A stretch of 32,000 bases of DNA, from positions 1,890,001 through 1,922,000 of the forward strand of contig NC_009073.1 in the NCBI RefSeq assembly GCF_000015805.1, given 5' to 3'. The stretch is from Pyrobaculum calidifontis JCM 11548. GTDB taxonomy: Archaea > Thermoproteota > Thermoprotei > Thermoproteales > Thermoproteaceae. Every line of letters starts with the position of its first letter. Positions within the stretch are counted from its first letter, which is position 1. The notes below the pieces were generated by a model. That model saw only the letters and a list, made by a program, of their open reading frames with translations. It was not told the origin of the DNA and did not search any database. Shown in pieces: positions 31,744 to 32,000 of this stretch. Position numbers and translations under genes: made by a program.

Positions 31744-32000
31744 GCAGGGCAGTGCTCTACAAAAGGTCGGAGGAGTTAAAACAGCGCTACTCCCTCTACG
31801 GCTTGTTCACAGCCGTGTTCTACCTAGTCACTCTGCTGGTCGGCGGGGTAGTATACGCCTCGAGTAATCTCCCAGTGTACTTAAGCAGAAACGCCGCGGC
31901 GGCAAGCGGCTACGGCGATGTCATTTTTCTACAGAGCATCTTGGTCCTCATCTCCTTTATACTTCTGGCAACGTCGGCGCTTTTGATCTTCCTCTCCAGG
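31740..32000 (+). CDS. Membrane protein, N-terminal part (continues beyond the window)
   Basis: Absent from the ORF track because no stop is reached. ATG 31740 opens MSRAVLYKRSEELKQRYSLYGLFTAVFYLVTLLVGGVVYA...ILVLISFILLATSALLIFLSR, with at least two TM helices, and stays open to base 32000. Confidence 0.5.
   Translation, partial: MSRAVLYKRSEELKQRYSLYGLFTAVFYLVTLLVGGVVYASSNLPVYLSRNAAAASGYGDVIFLQSILVLISFILLATSALLIFLSR

Noticed and set aside
1-32000. CRISPR arrays, transposases, integrases or tRNA-flanking att duplications
   Set aside because: No regularly spaced repeats, no IS-like ORFs and no duplicated tRNA 3' segments were found by eye anywhere in the window.

Overview
The window reads as a chromosomal segment from a Thermoproteales-type crenarchaeon (Pyrobaculum/Thermoproteus-like). 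This is inferred from GC-rich, tightly packed genes, very short AT-rich spacers with a TATA box 17-21 nt upstream of most start codons (leaderless mRNAs), and two tRNA genes that each carry two non-canonical introns. Gene content, left to right: (1) a glycosylation cluster with a flippase-like membrane protein (5'-truncated by the window edge), a GT4 and a GT2 glycosyltransferase, and a second GT2 that is frameshifted and stop-interrupted; (2) a retropepsin-like protease, tRNA-Pro(CGG), a C/D-box sRNA candidate, a FAU-1 RNase homologue, a stand-alone ATP-cone protein and a cyclase/formamidase-like protein; (3) a 137-nt very GC-rich structured element of unknown identity; (4) tRNA-His(GUG); (5) about 12 kb of complex-I-like (nuo) genes on the minus strand in three promoter-defined units: nuoJ-K-M-L-N, then [2-oxoacid:ferredoxin oxidoreductase gamma/delta-alpha-beta]-nuoI-nuoH-nuoA, then nuoB-nuoD-orf100; (6) a divergent tungsten-type aldehyde:ferredoxin oxidoreductase; (7) housekeeping genes (NAD kinase, PIN protein, polyprenol-kinase-like membrane protein, DUF371, TyrRS, geranylgeranyl-reductase-like flavoprotein, HD phosphohydrolase, methyltransferase, M24 peptidase, ASCH protein); (8) a block of small uncharacterised genes at 30.3-32 kb (unknown 166 aa, TM-anchored wHTH, unknown 139 aa, zinc ribbon, membrane protein). 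The most interesting signal is the ferredoxin-reducing 2-oxoacid oxidoreductase operon. It is physically spliced into the nuo gene string and start/stop-coupled to it, and the window contains no nuoC or nuoE/F/G. This suggests a dedicated ferredoxin-level electron-input module for the respiratory complex. No CRISPR array, transposase or integrase was seen. All functional calls rest on motif recognition by eye; no database search was run.
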